Positions 25,168 through 38,784 of a stretch of DNA of 64,000 nt are shown here, in pieces. The notes beneath the pieces were generated by a model. It was given only the letters and a program-made list of their open reading frames with translations, did no database searches and had not been told where the DNA came from. The stretch spans positions 11,470,001 through 11,534,000 of the forward strand of contig OX597824.1 in NCBI GenBank assembly GCA_951406725.2, written 5' to 3'. This DNA comes from Octopus vulgaris. Lineage: Eukaryota. The position numbers and the translations under genes are program-made. Position 1 is the stretch's first letter; each line of letters starts with the position of its first letter.

Positions 25168-25330
25168 TTATAATAAAGGGTTATTTGCAACAAGTTGCTT
25201 AAACCACATACCGAAAATATTAGAAATAGCAGCCAAATAGGTTATCATTACTATTACCTATTTGGCTGCTATTTCTAATATTTTCGGTATGTGGTTTAAG
25301 CAACTTGTTGCAAATAACCCTTTATTATAA
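25168..25330. repeat. Perfect 75-bp inverted repeat with a 13-nt loop
   Basis: 25168-25242 is the exact reverse complement of 25256-25330. Confidence 0.92.
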
Positions 25331-25615
25331 GGATATATAATTTTTACCGAATATGGTCCTTTCCATACCAAAAGACTACTAGGTGAAATTTATTAATTTT
25401 ATTAAATTATATTTCACCCTTTATATGTGTATGTGTGTGTGTGTGTGTGTGTGTATGTTATATATGCATTTCATTTAATAAAAGTCTGATTCAGCTTCAT
25501 GCAACTAAAATTTTTGTAGGTTCACCAAACGAACCAAATTTGTCAGGCTCATAGAACCAAATCTGAAACTTCTACCAATTGTGTCAAGTGCTACTTTCTT
25601 TCATTTGTCCACTCA

Positions 25616-25644
<29 letters not shown>

Positions 25645-25646
<2 letters not shown>

Positions 25647-25929
25647 GGTGTCCCAGGATGGCCACAACGTTTGCGTTGGTATACAAAGGAATATATATGT
25701 GTATATATGTATATATATATATGGTGTCCCAGCATGGCCACAACATTTGCATTGGTATACAAAGGAATATATATGTATATATATATATGGTGTACCAGCA
25801 TGGCCACAACATTTGCGTTGGTATACAAAGGAATATATATGTGTATTTATGTATATATATATATATATATGGTGTCCCAGCATGGCCACAACATTTGCGT
25901 TGGTATACAAAGGAATATATATGTGTATT

Positions 25930-25964
<35 letters not shown>

Positions 25965-26157
25965 TGTCCCAGCATGGCCACAACATTTGCGTTGGTATAC
26001 AAAGGAATATATATGTGTATATATGTATATATGGTGTCCCAGCATGGCCACAACATTTGCGTTGGTATACAAAGGAATATATATATATGTGTATATATGT
26101 ATATATATATATGGTGTCCCAGCATGGCCACAACGTTTGCATTGGTATACAAAGGAA
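25645..26157. repeat. Minisatellite, 7 units of a ~46-bp core with variable (TA)-rich spacers
   Basis: Core ATGGTGTCCCAGCATGGCCACAACATTTGCGTTGGTATACAAAGGA. Confidence 0.92.
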
Positions 26158-26362
26158 TGAAAATATATATATATAACTCAACTGGAAGGTGTACAGAATG
26201 CCACACATGGTAAATTCTTAATTTACTGAAATTTCTGTTGGGGGACAGAGAAGGAAAACAAACAATAAAAACCTTGTGATAACAGTTAAGAAACTCTGAA
26301 TAAAGGGAGATAATCTTGAGAAATTAAAAAAATAATTTCACGGTTAAATCAACATGCCTTAA

Positions 26363-26736
26363 TCTCTCTCTATATAAACGGCAGTTTGTCTGTGCGTGTT
26401 TCTGTGTGTCTGTTTGCTTGTACCCTCACTCTGACCACGGCTTTCGACCGATTCTGATGAAACTTGACACACACATAGCCCAATGTCATAATTCAAAACT
26501 AACGTAGCGAAAAGTTCCCCCAGTTCTGAAAATAATAGATAAATTCGACATGGGGTCGAGAATCAGAAACACAAACCGCAAACTGTCTAGGGGACGCAAC
26601 TCCACCTTTTTTTACTCTCAAAAGAAATTTAACATCATTTTTTTTCCATTTTTTTGCTATTTTTTGGCTATAACTCTCTAAAAATGCTTTATAGTTATTT
26701 CCCTTACAAACCTGAGCAACGCCGGGCGATACTGTA

Positions 26737-26737
<1 letters not shown>
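26363..26737 (+). mobile_element. Non-autonomous Helitron-like element
   Basis: A|TC.. start, GTCT-type microsatellite, subterminal GC hairpin CCTGAGCAACGCCGGG, ends ..TAG|T, no TSD. Confidence 0.65.
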
Positions 26738-26775
<38 letters not shown>

Positions 26776-26975
26776 TAACAATGAGGGTTTTTGCAACAGG
26801 TTGCTAGACCACATACCGAAAGTTGCAAAGACCCTCATTGTTATAATTATATATAATTTTACCAAATATGGTCCTTTTCCATACTGAAAAACTACTTGGT
26901 GAAATTTGTTGATTTTATTAAATTAATTATATTTCACCCTTTATCTGTATTGTATATATATATATGTGTGTGTGT

Positions 26976-27007
<32 letters not shown>

Positions 27008-29087
27008 TGTATTAGTAAAAACTGAACATCTCTATAATAAAGAAAACGTAAAGATTTCCCTAAGAGAAAATATGGGGTGGGGGTGGAGAAACTGTTTCTT
27101 TACAGAGTTGTGTGTGAGAGAAAGAGATAGAACAATGTAATAGATTCGGGCCCAGCTACATAGTAGCCCACCCTCTTCAAAAGCAACATAGGGTTTATAT
27201 GGTGCACCAAACCTTTATTGGCATGTTATCGGAAATAACCCGACATAAATAGGTAAATTCATTTATGCCCCTGATGCAACGGATTATATCAGAATCTTAC
27301 AAAACATCCAGCTGGCCCCTACATGTATGATGCGCTATCAAGAAAAGGATTGAAAATAATAATGATCGTTTCAAATTTTGGCACAAGGCCAGCAATTTTA
27401 AAGGAAAGAGTAAGTAGGTCACTCTGACCCCAGTGCTCAACTGGTACTTATTTAATCATCTCCGAAAGGATGAAAGGCAAAGTCAACCTTGATGGCCTCT
27501 TTTGGATTCAGAATGTAAAAGAGCTGAAAGAAAAGGTGCTAAGCATTTTGTCCAGAATGGTAATGATTCTAACAGCTCACTGCCTTGAAAAAAAAAAAAA
27601 AAATTTAAATGCCTAGGAAAAAAATTATTTAGAAGAAAAAGTAAAAGAAATTTCTGGAAAGACGATTTTTCAAAAAAAAAAATTTCTGTTTTGCAAATTT
27701 TAACTTTTTTTAAAACTGCCTCCCAATCAAATATTTAAGGTGTGAAAGAAACCTGGCAAACATCATCATCACCACCACATCACTAACTTCAATGTTAATC
27801 TTAAGTCACTTTTGGATAATCAATTCTTTTTCTACTTTCTTCTTAACATCATCATCATAATCTAGACTTAAGATTTAAGTTGTTTCACTGGTACTACATT
27901 TTATTGATCCCAGGAGGGTGAAAGGCAAAGTTGAACTCAGAACATAAAAAAAGCAAAAAAACTGCAAAGCATTTTGTCCAATGCTCTAACTACAGAACTA
28001 ATTTTCAGAACAATTACAAGAAACACGACAGTACAAGATGATTTATCAATATATATATATATATATATATATTATAACTATTAATAAAGAAAAAAACCAA
28101 TATCCAGACTCATCATAACGATATACCCGTGTGAAAGGCAAAGTCAACCTTGATGGTCTCTTTGGACTCAGAATGTAAAGAGCTGAAAGAAAAGCTGCTG
28201 AGTACATCGTTACGATGAGTATGGATATTGATTTTCTTTATTAATAATAATAATATATTAAAAAATATATGTATATATCGCTCGTATTAAATATATAAAT
28301 ACTTTAATAGTATTAATATTTTTTATACAATGGAGCACTCAATATAAATTCAGTATATAATATTCTCATTGAATATATTTACCTAAAGATATATATATAT
28401 ATATATATGTGTATATATATATATAACAAAATACAGAATCTAAAATTTGCCATTCCAAGCAATAATGTAAAATACACAAAAATGATAAAGAAATTAAAAT
28501 ATTTATAAAGGTGTGAAGACTAAATTCAACCAATTGACTCCATTTTACAATTGATATTAATATCAAATAGTTAATATCTTTAGAGTGTGAAGTTAGTATT
28601 ATACACCATGCTACTTTACATATATTTATACATACATGGTACTGCAAATTTAGGGTGAATACTTGATAAGTGTAAGCACCTGTATACGCCAGATAGTGGC
28701 AGAGGTGTTCTGTTCTTGATTTTATTTTATACATACATGAATATATACATAGACATATATATATATCAAATATTTGTCTATACTCTGCACTGGATCACAC
28801 TGGGAGAAGAGCATTCTGATTTCCATGATATTGGCAAAGGTTTATCATGCTTACAGAGATTTAGATCAAACAGAGAAATGGTTACCATTTAACTTATATG
28901 CATTACATACAATCACTTATATATAAGGACATAAATGTATAATATCAGTGGTAGTAATAGCTAGCTGTAGGTCATCAGTACAAAGATAGGACTTGGTGCT
29001 AAGATAATAGAACATGTGTGCGTGTGTATATATGCCTGTGTATGCTTTATAATCTTAACAATTAAGATTAATCATATAGTATCTATT

Positions 29088-29350
29088 AAGAGTTGCTGAA
29101 GCATGGAACAAACTGCCGGCATCAGTCGTTAGTTGTCGGAGCACTGCATCCTTCAAAACTTCCATGCTTCCTGAGATTCGCCAACACTACACCTGATTTT
29201 CTCCCCTCCATACACACACAAGCATGTATCTGACTCATACACTGTTCGCTTTCCAGACATTTGTACATTACTGCATATACTTTATACACACTTTCTGACA
29301 AGTTGTGGTGCACCCGAGCACTGTATACAATAATTTCATTATTATTATAT
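29088..29350 (+). mobile_element. Second, shorter 3' fragment of the same CR1-clade LINE
   Basis: Near-identical to 9466-9729, including the (ATT)n tail. Confidence 0.88.
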
Positions 29351-32300
29351 ATTATTAAATTATATTAAATTATATTATATATATTATATTAAATTTCAAT
29401 CAAATTTAATAAATGCTCCAGTAATAAAACTTCCTCAGTTCAAAATCATATTTTAGTGTTAAGGACACATTTATAGATTTACTGATAATCATGTTCTGGT
29501 TACATTAACCTAAACTTCATGCAAAAAACATAACTCTGCTGTTTCCAATTGCCCATGCCATTAATGGTGCGCTGAATCTGAAATGGATCTGGTTAGCTTC
29601 ATTTAGATACAAAATATCTTCAGCCACCAACTGATATCCAGTTCACAGAACATTTAAGAATATTTCGAGTAGAAACGTTAAATAAAGGACAGCTCCAGTT
29701 GGCCAAGTAGTTAGAATGTTTCATAGAAATACTCAAGGATCATATCCAATCAATAATGCTGTACTATGTGTCTAAGTCAAGACATATCACTCTCAAATAG
29801 CCCAGCACACTTAGATGTAAAAACAATGGGTAAACATAGGTGACCACTATAAGCAGCAAGAGCTTTGTTCAACTAATTTCCAATATAAGAAGGTCACACA
29901 TTTAGGGGTAGGATACTATCAATATGTGGTATATGAGTAGTACAACCACTGAAGAATGAAAGGTAAAGAGGACTGGTGGAATTTGAAATCAGAACAAAGA
30001 GCAATAATATCACAAGATGTTTTAACCAATGCTAACAATTCTGTTAATACACAGCTCTGTAAATATAAGTGCTGAACTCAAATCCTTCCAAGAGTGTTGC
30101 TTGAAGAGAAACAAGATCCACAAAGCTGACTTGCTCTCAAGAAAATACACCATGAAACAGTGGTGTAGCTACAATGTGTGCCACCCAGGACAGCCCTTGA
30201 GTTATACAGGTTTATATAGAAGACCCAAAAGTACTTCCCCAATAAAAGTGTTCACCAGGGTAGACCAACATTCTTGCCTCCTATAGCTATGCTATGAATG
30301 CAAAGTATTATGGTCTAATGTCTTAGCAACAATCCACACCTAGTTGGCAACCTGACTTACTTTACTACATATTTTTTTAAAAATCTACTTATCAAAATAT
30401 TGTAAAATTCCATGAAATATTATAAATCTATGCAATTAGCAGTCTCTTAGAAACAACAGAAATACAAATTTGCAATCTGCTTCCATGTACAGAGCTGTCA
30501 ACATTTATGGCCTCCACAGAGCTATCCATCATTAATTACTGTTGTAGCCAAGTGAAATATAAATATATTCTCTAGAATGTTTGCCATTAACATTTATGAG
30601 TGTTTACAGGAAATGACAAGCTTTGGCAGGAATGCTTTTGGCAAAGCCATAAATGACAGGACAGAAGCTGTGGCAACTGACAGTTGAGACAATGTGGAAC
30701 CATCTGCTGCACCATCGTATTTTACTTTTCATAATGTTGGTCTTTTCCATGACTAGATACTGAGGTGCCATATTTTGCTATTGTATATATATATAGGAGA
30801 TACTGTGGAGGCGCAATGGCCCGGTGGTTAGGGCAGCGGACTCGTGGTTGTAAGATTGCAGTTTCGATTCCCAGACCGGGTGTTGGCGATCCCTGCTGTA
30901 CTCTTTCACCACAACTTTCTCTCACTTTCTTCTGTTGGCCTGTTTGCTTAGCCAGCAGGGTGGCATCACTTGAAGGCTAAAACAATGCAAAGCGCATTGT
31001 GACCAGCGATGTGTAGCAACATCTGATAGTCTGGTCGGTCACAGTGATATATAGGAGATACACATGCATTTCCTAAAGGCGTTTTTAGTGTTAGTGAAAT
31101 GACATGGCTTTAACTGGGGACCAATATTATACTTCAATCTTGTGAGAAGATTACTATTTCCTTTATAATACTTCTCATTAATCTTTCACCTTACTTGTTT
31201 CAGTCATTGAACTGCAGCCATATTGGAGCACCACCTTGAAGGGCTTAGCTGAACAAATTGACCCCAGTAATTATTTTTTAAGACTGGTACTTATTCCATC
31301 AGTCTTTTTTGCTGAACCGCTCAGTTATGGGGATATAAACAAACCAACACCGGTTGTCAAGCAATGGTAAGGAGACAAACAAAACATACATGATGGGATT
31401 CCACACAGTTTCTTCTACTAATGTTAAAAATTTCTCACTTGTAGATAATGCCACAAATTATATTCCAGTAGATTTGGATTAATCAACCTCACTAATACTT
31501 TCTTACATAGGTACAAGATTTCAAATTTGATGGAAGGGGACAAATATATTGACCCCTCCCCCAGTATTTGACTTGTACTCATTTTATCAACCCAAGACAG
31601 ATGAAAAGCTAAAATCAACCACAGCAAGATCTAAACTTAGAATATTAACAGACATGACTAAATACCTAAGGCATTTTTAATTAACCTTGGGAGGATTTAG
31701 TAATGGCCATCATTTCTAAAATAGGAATAAGGCCAGAAATTTGGGGTAGGAGTTAGTTGATTAAATCAACCCCAGTACTTAACAGGTACTTTATCAACCC
31801 TGAAAGGATAAAAAGGTAAAGATGACCACTACAGGATTTGAACTTGGACTGTAAAGAGCTAGAATATATATATACTGCAAGGCATTTTATCCGATGCTCT
31901 AACAAATTAATGAAATATTTCTAGGAAGTCTTTAGGCCTAATTTCTTGTTATGAAATTCAACAGAGTTATAAAATATTTTTTAGCAAAAAAGACTTGATC
32001 TTTGAATCTCAGGTATGCCTTCCTCTTTCCTCAGAGCTGCTGCTATTTTTATAAACTGTTTTACAAGATATCATATGCACACACACACACACACACACAC
32101 ACACTTTCGGGTTTTCTGACAGAGCAGAGAAGGGATTTCTCGACAACAAATTACACAAGTTATCTATCTTTCTATAGATTTATTGTAATTTTAACAGAAA
32201 TAAAGAGGAACTGGTAGCTATAGGCTTATATTTACACCAACCTGACAGAATAGGTTTTATTCAAATTATTATAACATGGCAATATTTAGTTATCAAGCGA

Positions 32301-33117
32301 CAAAATTTTTAGGGAGATGCCAACAGTCTTTGGATCTCAAGTTCAATTCTTGCTGTTTAGCGCCAGGTCAGTTTTGATCAAGCAGACCTAAGGTCAAAAG
32401 GCATTACACATGATAATCATACCATCTTATTTGCCAAATTATAATGTACCTAGAATGCACCTTCCTCTTTTTTCGAGAATGTAAAATGTAATTTGAAGAA
32501 AATTTGGCTGCTATTTCTAGCAGGTCAAGTAAACATGCAGAGACCCTCTCAAATTGTAAATAAAACATCAGAACAAAGGTCTCTTCTATCACAGTCAGAA
32601 CCTTCTGCAAGAAGCAGGATAAGGGTGATAAAAGAAAGAAATGCTAAAGACAAACAGTGTCTTAATACGGAACAAAAGCTGATATTAATGCAACGTTATT
32701 TCTCTTTTTCACACACTCACAGACACACACCATTAACCCTTTAGTGTTTAAACCAGCCACATCTGGCCCAGATAATCTACTTGTTTTATATTTGAACTAG
32801 CCATATCCAGCCTCTCACACCTAACCTACACTGACATTCTAAAAATAAACAATCACATCATTGAAACCTCAAAGCTGTAAGACAATGCATGAGTAATTCA
32901 AAACAATTTACTCTTTTACTTGTTTCAGTCATTTGACTGCGGCCATGCTGGAGCACTGCCTTTAGTCGACCAAATCGACCCAGGGACTTCTTTTTGTAAG
33001 CCCAGTACTTATTCTATCGGTTTCTTTTGCTGAACCGCTAAGTGACGGGGGACGTAAACACACCAGCATCGGTTGTCAAGCAATGCTAGGGGGACAAACA
33101 CAGACACACAAACATAT

Positions 33118-33184
<67 letters not shown>

Positions 33185-34359
33185 TACGACAGGCTTCTTT
33201 CAGTTTCCGTCTATCAAATCCACTCACAAGGCTTTGGTCGGCCCGGGGCTATAGCAGAAGACACTTGCCCAAGATGCCACGCAGTGGGACTGAACCCGGA
33301 ACCATGTGGTTGGTAAGCAAGCTACTTACCACACAGCCACTCCTGCGCCTATTTGAGTGAAAAAATATTACATTTAACAGAGTAATCTGAACACTAAAGG
33401 GTTAAAGCCAGCACAACACTGGCATTGAAGTGTACGCACAAAGTGAGAACATATTTATTACATGTAACAAAGTAAATATATTTTATTTGAAGCTGAAGCT
33501 TTTTAAATCATAACTCTTTAGTTTCATGTTTCCAAGTGTTCAGATAGAAATATAAAACTGACCTATGATAAAAGAATCCTTTTACAGACTTTACTATTCT
33601 GTGCATGCTGCTGCAGGCCAGGAAATGGATATGAGGAAGAGAGAGAGCCAGGATGTATACAGAAAAGTTTAGTTAATTCCATTGAAAATAACTCGTCATT
33701 ATCATTGTCAGAAGAGATGACCTACCTAAATACAAAATAAAAAAGGTTAGCCGATAGCTTTGTTGTTATAAGAGGAGAATTTTTTTGGAGGGATTTTAAG
33801 ATATTTTCAAATGACCTGACATCAAACCAGTCAGGTGAAGATGAACAGCAAATTAGAAACAATAAAAGGGGCAAAAAATATTTAAATAGTCTTTTTTTTT
33901 TTTTTAGAGAAATATTTTAAATTCTAATATTGCAAAGGTTTTGTTTCTTTATGAAACTTTTTCTCACCTGGTTTCTTTTTCTTTAGAACCTATGTGTGTG
34001 TGTTTTATTTGATTTGTTTATTCCAAAGCTTACTTTTAAATTAATACAAAGGTAACTAACGCAATAAATCATTGCTGGTAGAGAGACGCAAAACCTCATT
34101 AACGAGAATAGGGATCTGTTTCAATTTCAAGACTGATTGACCCTTCTATTCCTGGATTAAAAAGAATAAATGAAAACAAACTCTGAAGATGCACAAAAAA
34201 AAAAAAAAAGAAAGAAAATTGAGGTGGGGGGGGTGGGTGGGGGGTGGAAAGCTACAATGTAAAGATTACAAATGTACATTAATAATTGTTTCAAATATTC
34301 TAATATTGAATAGTTGTTTCTCATGTGGCTGTGGCACACCTTATGGAAACCCATTCCCA

Positions 34360-34572
34360 GCATTACAAGGCAGGCCCTCCAATGGACACCCTGAAGAAGA
34401 CAGAAGCATAGCAGACCAAAACGACAGATGGTCCATTGAAACTGAAATGCTGGCAGGCAACTACCCCTGGGGAAAACTGCAATCCATTGCCAAAGATACA
34501 GACAGATGGAAATCCCTTAGGGGCGACCTATGCTCCACATGGTGCCAAGGGAATTAAGACAAAGCTAAGATA
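34360..34572 (+). mobile_element. Degenerate RTE-like LINE 3' end
   Basis: ..WGKLQSIAKDTDRWKSLRGDLCST.. resembles the RTE ORF C-terminus (A.DR..W). Confidence 0.5.
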
Positions 34573-36240
34573 TACATTCAATAATACTAGCAGCAGAATA
34601 CAAATTTAAAATCTATAATCCATCAACTTGACCAAGAAAGAGAAACCTGGCCTGTTTTATAAAAGCAGTGGCAACTCTTAAGTGCACCAATGTCAAGCAT
34701 AACATTTTAGAAGTATTTATTGATCTCAATGATGAAATAACCTTGAAAGATTTTGTATTAAGCACAGTAAGACACAAACAAAAACTTTACACTTCAGACT
34801 GTCTGGTCCAGTTTTATAACATTTATGCCAACGACATAATAATAATTCTTTCCAATTTTGTCACAAGACCGGCAATTTCGAGGAGAGAGAAAAATCAATT
34901 ACACTGACATCTCTCCACCCCCTCTACTCAACTGGTACTTTTTTTTTTTATTGACCCCCAAAATGATGAAGGGCAAAGTTGACCGTGACAGAATTTAAAT
35001 TCAGAAAGTAAAAAACCAGAAGAAATGCCACTAAACATTTTGTTTGACTCAGTAATAATTCAGCTTGCTACCTTAGTAATCGTTTAGCGTCCGTTTTCCA
35101 TGCTAGCATGGGTTAATTATAAGAATATGACCAGTTTGAGTTGAAAGGAGTAACAAATTGTTTTGGGGGACATTATATCATTACTATTAACATCAAAGAA
35201 ATGAAATGAAATTAAGTGCACATCTAAATACTATGAACCAAGTTTGAAAGAGAAGTATTTAGGGGTTACATTGAACTTCATGTATGTCTACATGCCTGGT
35301 GCTTGCTGGTGAAGTCACTTGCCAAATGATAGTGAACTTTAAGGAGTTTTTTTTTTCTTCTTAATAATAGAAAGAGGTTGTTGGTTGTTAGAACACAGGC
35401 AGAAAAATTTCAATGTGTTGGATTTTTGGAAATATATTCAAATATAAAATATTAGATAATTGATAATTGAAAAGGGATCAAACTTTTTTAACAAGTTAGG
35501 TTAACTTGTTGTTAATACAATTCGCATTCATAGTATGTATTCTAAAAAAAGAAAAAAAACCCAGAAGAAATTGATATAATTTTCAACATGATTAATAGAA
35601 AGAGGAAAAAATTTAAATTAAATTAAATAGAAATATGATACAATATAAAAGTATCTGAAATGAGTTTCAAAAGAGAAGAAAAAAAGAATGCAGGGAGCAA
35701 ATCCAGTTAGAGATTTAAAGTATTAATAAGAAAAGTAAATAAATTTCAAACTAAAAGGAAAAGCAATGATATATATACACATACATACACACACATATAT
35801 ATACATAGAGACATTATATATGTAGTTTTGTTCAAATGTTATAGAACAGCATAGAGTCATTGAGTAGATGTTCCTTATAAAGGAGTTCCTTGTGAAACAG
35901 GCTGCACAGCCATGGATACACCACATATGTAGATGATGCACAAGTATTTTGCTTTCAGTGGATTTAAAGAAAACAGTGATAGTCTATCTATAGTAATGGC
36001 CTCCTCCTTCAATCTCAGATGAAGAGTCTGACCCCCAAAACAAAAGAAATTTCCTCTCTTCTTGGCACACTTAACATACCTCGGTTCTTACCTGTTGTTT
36101 TCATTATTGCCTAGTTTTAAAACAATAAATGAATCTAAATTTTATGTCATGGCAGTATGCTTTGTATATACAGGTGTGAACAGAAGAGAAAAATTGTGTG
36201 TATGCATGTATATGTATATATATATGTGTGTGTGTGTGTG

Positions 36241-36285
<45 letters not shown>

Positions 36286-36378
36286 TAGATAAAAAAGGTA
36301 AGATAACAAAAGAAAGAAAGAGACCTTGATATTATGTAAATAGAGGAATTTATCTGTAAATGTGACAATTATTCAGTT

Positions 36379-36448
36379 GCCAAGATAAAACTCCGAGTTT
36401 CGGATGCTGAGGTGGAAATCCACGCCACCATCTCTTCAGTTATCTGGC
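36379..36448 (-). ncRNA. Type I hammerhead ribozyme motif within an inverted-repeat (Penelope-like) insert
   Basis: Minus strand: GCCAGAUAA-CUGAAGA-GAUG..CAUC-C-GAA-ACUCGGAGU-U-UUAUCU(U)GGC. Confidence 0.65.
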
Positions 36449-36813
36449 CATCGGAAAAACGCCATCGGAGTTTTTTATCTTGACTACCGAATAATTGTCA
36501 CATATTACGTTTACAGATATATATATATATATATATATATATATGGGTGTATTATACACACAAGGCTAATACACATAGCGTTTGCTCAAGACCAGTATCA
36601 TTTTGTCTCCTTAAATTTATTTGGAAGACAGACAGTGGTAGTGAGGAAAGAAAAAAAAAAAGGGCTGTACCTCCTTTCAGGAAAAAAATAAAGCTTTTCT
36701 CTTTCTCTCTGTAGCATTGTTGTATGGCACTGGGACATTACAATTTAAGAACCTACAAGATGGAAATATCACATATAGCGATACAAACCTAGCATTGCTT
36801 AAGATTACAACCT

Positions 36814-36859
<46 letters not shown>

Positions 36860-37070
36860 CACACACACACTGTTGTTGGTAATGATCCGGAGAAGTACTC
36901 AATACAAATGTAGAGTGCAGTAGGTTGTTTGAGCGGGTCTAGTACCCTGGAGTTTTCTTAGCATGACTGCTTCTTGAAACAAGGTAGACATGGCTCAGTC
37001 TGAGTTGTCTAAAAAGGCACTTGCATGCAGTTGAAACTCCAGAATAACAGGCAACTTGAGTGGCATATAT

Positions 37071-37107
<37 letters not shown>

Positions 37108-38555
37108 TATTAAAACAGGTTTTCCAAAGGTAGCCCAGCTTCCAAATAATTCAGCCATTAACATTAACACTGTCACAATGTTTAAACCAAATGAAACACC
37201 ACTTCCCTTAGTAAAACAAAGTTTATTATAAATAGCAAACTTTCTGAGTGCCTTAAGTAAATAAAGCATTAATAACGATTCAGTAACAATAAATATTTTC
37301 ATCACATTGGAAAAAAAAAAATGTCGGAAACAAAAGCATCATGTGTGTGTTTGGTCGGAGTGTTGCGGTAAGCCACTAAGGATGTTGCAGGATTTTCTCT
37401 ACAGACATGCCAAGTATTTAAACTTTAAAAAGGCAATTTATGGAGATATTGCTGAAGTAAGCCAACTAAGGTACTGATTGCAACAAAAATTTGAAAACTC
37501 ACTAATCTAATATTAATGCTGCTTCAATAGTAATCCTTTCTGCTCAAGGCACAAGGCCTGGAATTTTGTGGGGAGAAGACTAGTAAATTACACTGACTGC
37601 AGTTTTTCACTGGTTCTTAACTTATTGACCCCCAAAAGGATGAAAGGCAAAGTCAACGTTAGCAGACTTTGAAAGACAAAATACAGCTAAGCATTTTGCC
37701 TAGCAAGCTAACAATTCTACCAGCTCACCGCCTTAATAATAATAATAATAATAAAATGCAATTTAGAATGATTCAATACAAATTATCTAGCATACATGCT
37801 GAATAAACAAAAATATATAATAATAGAGATATGTACTGCTTAATTTTTCTTTTTTTTTACAGGGTAATTTAGGTGTAAATTAAACATAACTTTTCTGAAA
37901 TATATACTAATTTAACATATAACTTATATAATTTATTTATATTAATTTCACAAGCTAGGGGATAACTTGAACAAAGGAAGGTTTAGAAAACTCCCCCAAA
38001 GAATTTAAAGCTTTAGAAATAAAACCTGTTGTTTTAGAATAACACAATAAGATATTAAATTAAAGAAACCATTAAATCATTAGGTCAGGTTTGGGATTTG
38101 GCAACTTGGCCAACAATCAAAAAAACAATCACATAATTTTCATAATTTTATATTAAGTTAAATTTATGTAAAAAAAAAAAAAAAGGGGGGGGTGGGGGGA
38201 CGAACCATAATGAAACTGTTATTGCTGAATCTATAAATTCTAAAATGAAAATTTAATTAAAAAAAAAATTTCTTTTCAGGTTATTCAATTTTCACATTAT
38301 TCCACACAACAATTGCCTCATATTTGGTTCAAAATGCTTTGTACAGCAGCCACCATATATCATCGTAATCATCATCATTGCTATTATTTAGAGTAGGTCC
38401 AGAAGCTGACCATGAACAGAAAACAGAATTGTTCAGTTGCTCCCTATCAAAGTAAACAGTGGCTTATATCAAACCTCTTGCTATCAACACTAGGAAACAG
38501 AGAAACAAATTCATACACCAGCTCATTAGTTATGTTGTTAATTACCATTACTCGT

Positions 38556-38784
38556 TTAACCCTTTAGCATTTAAACCGGCCATATCCGGCCAAAAGTATT
38601 CTGCTTGTTTTATGTTCAAATTGGCCATATCTGGTCTCTTACACCAACCCTACAATATCATCTTAAAAATTAACAGCTACCTCATCAAAATCTCAAAGCT
38701 ACAAGATAATGCCTGATTAGTTCAAAACAATGAAGATGTAAAAGCATTAATTTTGGCAGAATAATGTGAACACTAAAGGGTTAA
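38556..38784. mobile_element. Second piggyBac-like TTAA MITE family; relatives at 32733-33405 (split by a SINE), 63450-63671 and partial 3895-4005
   Basis: TTAACCCTTTAG...CTAAAGGGTTAA ends and a shared internal sequence. Confidence 0.7.

Noticed and set aside
25645-26157. CRISPR-like repeat-spacer appearance and six-frame ORFs
   Set aside because: Spacers are related TA microsatellites, there are no cas genes, and the context is eukaryotic; the ORFs are low-complexity artefacts.
26455-26465. CTGATGA followed by AAAC as a hammerhead
   Set aside because: No stem II or flanking pairing; it is internal sequence of the Helitron-like element.
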